A DNA stretch of 64,000 bases from assembly GCA_964016885.1 (NCBI GenBank), contig OZ024746.1:98828001-98892000 (forward strand), written 5' to 3'. The notes beneath the pieces are model-generated. The model was not told the origin of the DNA. It saw nothing but the letters and a program-made list of their open reading frames with translations, and made no database searches. Every line of letters begins with the position of its first letter. Position 1 is the first letter of the stretch. Position numbers and translations under genes: made by a program. Below are positions 61,150 to 64,000 of the stretch, piece after piece. Origin of the DNA: Eledone cirrhosa. Its lineage: Eukaryota.

Positions 61150-61921
61150 CAGGTGTGATGCCCGTGTGAAAAGCATGATGCTGCTTAGCAGTGAGACATG
61201 AACAGTGAATGCAGAAGATATAGAAAGGTTGTAAAGAAATGAAGTGATCATGTCATGTGTGGGATGTGTTCTGTTAATGTGTATGAACGATGAAGCACAG
61301 GTGAGCTAAGCAGAATCACATGTAGTGTACAAGTGAAAGAAGGCTGCAGTGGTAATGACATGTGGTCATCATCATTTTTACGTCTGCTTTTCCATGCTTG
61401 CATGAGTTAGATAGGTCCTGAGCACGGCATCTCTCCACTTGTCGTCTTCTTTGTCATCTCCTCTGCCAATCTTAGCGATTTGAGGTCTGCTCTCATAACC
61501 TCTACCCAGATCTTTCTTGGTCGTCCTCTACTGCAGCTTCCTTCCACTGGGATTTCCTGACATTTCTTCACCCATTGGTCGTTGTCCATGCACATCACAT
61601 GTCCATACCAATGCAGTCTTCTCTCCTGCACATATTCTCGGATGCCCCTTAAGCCGAGCTTCTCTCTCAGCTTGTTCACTTTTATATTACACATCCAACG
61701 AAACATGGTTGCTTCATTTCTCTCCAGTCTATACATGTCCTCTGCATATCTATGGAAAATGACTTATGTGAAGAAGTATGAAGAGATCCTTGTGTGAGGA
61801 AGTGAAGGAAAATCTGGGCTGAAGTGGTAAGACTCAATGTCAAAATACTGAACCTTGTAGGAAAATAGCGAAGGAACACAACAAATACAAGCATGGGAAA
61901 ACAGACATAAAATGTTGATGA
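61150..61921. mobile_element. Three RTE 3' fragments in alternating orientation (+61150-61365, -61366-61750, +61755-61921)
   Basis: LERNEATMFRWMC, ERRLHWYGHV, RGRPRKIW; gcatggaaaagcagacgtaaaaatgatg tails. Confidence 0.8.
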
Positions 61922-61958
<37 letters not shown>

Positions 61959-62082
61959 CATCATCAACATCATCATTTAATGCTTATTTTCCACATTAGC
62001 AGGGCTTTGACAGGTTGTTGCGTTTGAGACATGTTGGGTCAGGTGACCGTGTCTTGCTCACACAGAACTCAGTGTGGACTCA

Positions 62083-62702
62083 ATGCTTTTTGTCATGACA
62101 CCTACATGACCACTTTACAGTGTGTGCTGGGTGCTTTTTGTCATGACACCTACATGACCACTTTACAGTGTGTGCTGGGTGCTTTTTGTCATGACACCTA
62201 CATGACCACTTTACAGTGTGTGCTGGGTGCTTTTTGTCATGACACCTACATGACCACTTTACAGTGTGTGCTGGGTGCTTTTTGTCGTGACACCTACATG
62301 ACCACTTTACAGTGTGTGCTGGGTGCTTTTTGTCATGACACCTACATGACCACTTTACAGTGTGTGCTGGGTGCTTTTTGTCATGACACCTACATGACCA
62401 CTTTACAGTGTGTGCTGGGTGCTTTTTGTCATGACACCTACATGACCACTTTACAGTGTGTGCTGGGTGCTTTTTGTCATGACACCTACACGTTCACTTT
62501 ACAGTGTGTGCTGGGTGCTTTTTGTCATGACACCTACACGTTCACTTTACAGTGTGTGCTGGGTGCTTTTTGTCATGACACCTACACGACCACTTTACAG
62601 CATGGACTGGGTGCTTTTTGTCATGACACCTACACGACCACTTTACAGCATGGACTGGGTGCTTTTTGTCATGACACCTACACGACCACTTTACAGTGTG
62701 TG
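62083..62702. repeat. 48-bp minisatellite derived from the family B SINE internal repeat, ~13 copies
   Basis: Unit gggtgctttttgtcatgacacctacatgaccactttacagtgtgtgct versus SINE gggtgcttttttgtcgtggcacctccacgaccactttacagtg. Confidence 0.93.
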
Positions 62703-62786
62703 TGTCAACAAAGTGCAACAAAGTATTCACCAGAGCTCAGTCTACAGTTCATTTCTGTTTATTATGATTCTCCAAGCCATGAGGAG

Positions 62787-63718
62787 TTTAACCCTTTAGT
62801 ATTTAAACCGGCCATATTTGGCCACAATTCTCTCACCTGTTTCTGTTCAAACTGGCTGTAACCTGCCACTCATACTGATGTTAAGGTATTGTTTTCAAAA
62901 TAAATAATATCAAAATCTCATATATTCGATATTATGTGAGATAAAGCCTTTACCATGAAAATACAATAGTAAATATAGAGTAATATAAATGTTATGTGAG
63001 ATAATTATGTGAGATAAAGCCTTTACCATGAAAATACAATAGTAAATATAGAGTAATATAAATGTTATGTGAGATAATTATGTGAGATAAAGCCTTTACC
63101 ATGAAAATATAATAGTAAATATAGAGTAATGTAAATGTTATGTGAGATAATTATGTGAGATAAAGCCTTTACCATGAAAATACAATAGTAAATATAGAGT
63201 AATGTAAATGTTATGTGAGATAATTATGTGAGATAAAGCCTTTACCATGAAAATACAATAGTAAATATAGAGTAATGTAAATGTTATGTGAGATAATTAT
63301 GTGAGATAAAGCCTTTACCATGAAAATACAATAGTAAATATAGAGTAATGTAAATGTTATGTGAGATAATTATGTGAGATAAAGCCTTTACCATGAAAAT
63401 ACAATAGTAAATATAGAGTAATGTAAATGTTATGTGAGATAATTATGTGAGATAAAGCCTTTACCATGAAAATACAATAGTAAATATAGAGTAATGTAAA
63501 TGTTATGTGAGATAATTATGTGAGATAAAGCCTTTACCATGAAAATACAATAGTAAATATAGAGTAATGTAAATGTTATGTGAGATAATTATGTGAGATA
63601 AAGCCTTTACCATGAAAATACAATAGTAAATATAGAGTAATGTAAATGTTATGTGAGATAATTATGTGAGATAAAGCCTTTACCATGAAAATACAATAGT
63701 AAATATAGAGTAATGTAA
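62787..63718. mobile_element. Family P MITE with 73-bp tandem expansion (~11 copies), right TIR missing
   Basis: TTAACCCTTTagtatttaaaccgg start; units 62930-63718. Confidence 0.92.
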
Positions 63719-63724
63719 GATAAG

Positions 63725-64000
63725 ATGTGCATGGGAACTTCTGTATACTGACATTGTTATTGGAGAATCTGAAATTCCTACTGTGGAAATAACTGAGGAC
63801 CAAAGTCAACTAAGTAAAGACCAACATTTTATTAAATAGTGAAGAGGGCAAGATTCCAATTCCATCAGAGTATTGGCTGTGTTCAGTATGTAGAAAAAGA
63901 GTAAATAGGAACTCTACAATGTACAAAATGTAAATGAGATTGTAGGTAGTCTAACAGAAAAGGTAGACTTTGTATGTAGGAGATGCACAGGAGTAGTTGG
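63725..64000 (+). mobile_element. Degraded RTE fragment including the PHD region
   Basis: catgggaacttctgtatactgac (WELLY.D), tgttcagtatgtaga (CSVCR), gtatgtaggagatgc (VCRRC). Confidence 0.75.

Noticed and set aside
4826-63718. CRISPR arrays
   Set aside because: All arrays are head-to-tail with no unique spacers; eukaryotic context; no cas genes

Overview
This is a gene-poor, repeat-saturated eukaryotic window. The SINE, RTE and microsatellite repertoire suggests a mollusc, probably a cephalopod (inference, no database check). No complete host gene is present; the best candidate is a short first exon near 54.24 kb. The window contains: decayed non-LTR retrotransposons (several RTE families, one with a PHD finger inside the RT; Tx1/L1-clade; CRE-clade with a restriction-like endonuclease); an internally deleted Gypsy element; a DD37D (maT) Tc1/mariner fragment; at least three tRNA-SINE families; TTAA piggyBac-like and TA pogo/Tigger-like MITEs; and roughly 27 kb of mini/microsatellites, including a 13 kb 45-bp array. 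The long low-complexity ORFs are repeat artefacts. Main observations: (1) several minisatellites are tandem amplifications of sub-segments of TEs whose unamplified copies lie in the same window; (2) one ~10-bp site in a TTAA MITE has been hit by three unrelated TE classes, including a young Tx1-clade LINE; (3) an intact minimal hammerhead ribozyme plus two decayed ones; (4) a LINE with twin-priming-type 5' inversion geometry. All coordinates were read by eye and element ends may be off by some bases.
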